NCBI RefSeq assembly: GCF_004010195.1
Contig: NC_057718.1
Location: 3,322,092 to 3,386,091 of the forward strand
DNA: 64,000 bases
Source: Chiloscyllium plagiosum
Lineage: Eukaryota
Direction: 5' to 3'
Each line of letters starts with the position of its first letter. Within the stretch, counting starts at the first letter, position 1. Shown here in pieces: positions 63,178 through 64,000 of the stretch. The notes under the pieces are model-generated. The model was not told where the DNA came from. It did not search any database and saw only the letters and a program-made list of their open reading frames with translations. Both the position numbers and the translations under genes were made by a program.

Positions 63178-63842
63178 TGTTACGACATGTGGTAAACCCC
63201 TCTGTTGATTTAAACCAGCAAAGATTCACCCCATGTTGCAATCTGCTAAAACTCAAAAGTCACTAATTAAAGTTAAAAGTTAACAACTTTATTCTTTAAG
63301 ACCAACAGAGAATATTAAAACCAACATCTATTGACAACTCCTGTCTCTTAAACCTATCTTTTACATTCCACTCTCCAATACGAGTTCGATAAAAAATCCC
63401 AATTACGATTTACAAAAAAGTAATCACATTTCAAAGCCAGTCAGCTTTGCTGAATCTCCTTTGTAGATTCTCTCCAGGTCAGTTGTGATGTTCTGCTGTG
63501 CAGACTTCTGCCACAGACAGATGTCTCTCAGAGAGCTCTTAAACTAGCAGCCTACATCTGTTGGTCTTTTGGCAGTTCTCTCTCAGCTGTTCAAAAATGT
63601 CGGGTTTTATACCCCAAAACATCAGACCATTTCATTGATTGAATGTTGGTATCTTGACACATGATTTAAACTGAGTGGCCGAATTTGAATTTGCTTTTGT
63701 CTCATGGCAACCCATCTGCTGCTATTTGTGTCGAACAAATCTTACATTGCCACATATTTCAGAACATTTTGTGATGTGTCAGTCAGGTCTTGCTAGCTTT
63801 TCAACTCTCTTAAAGGTACAGTACCTCTACACCCTCATAACA
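63178..63842. mobile_element. Solo LTR
   Basis: TGTTA...TAACA termini; similar to 4238-5323. Confidence 0.65.
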
Positions 63843-64000
63843 AATGGTTTAAAGGGATAACATAAGCACAGAAAGTTCCAGATGCACTCAGATAACAAGT
63901 GGTGAAGATGCTAATTTGAGGGGTTACTAACATTGTTCCCCCAAAGCTTGACAAGAACTCCTCTAGCTCTGTGTTCAGGCAGAGGAGGGACTGGTTCAGG

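Overview
Repeat-rich vertebrate genomic DNA, inferred to be cartilaginous fish (shark) from its HE1-type SINE, CR1 LINEs, Penelope-like elements and Gmr1-like Gypsy elements. It has four N-gaps. The main signal, which the ORF track does not assemble, is a spliced immune receptor gene on the + strand (32750-45009). It has three tandem germline-joined V-J type Ig exons (each ends in a J-like GxG strand, with no RSS and no C domain), an uncharged TM exon, and three cytoplasmic exons carrying VVYTTV, CHYAEV and SEYAVI tyrosine motifs (ITIM/ITIM-like). All six splice junctions are phase-compatible, and one uses a GC donor. A paralogous VJ exon (2302-2646) and a signal-peptide exon (17636-17687) lie on the - strand, suggesting a head-to-head cluster of non-rearranging, TCR-gamma/IgL-like inhibitory receptors. 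No + strand leader exon was found. Most other sequence is nested transposon debris. Exon coordinates were read base by base; repeat boundaries are approximate.
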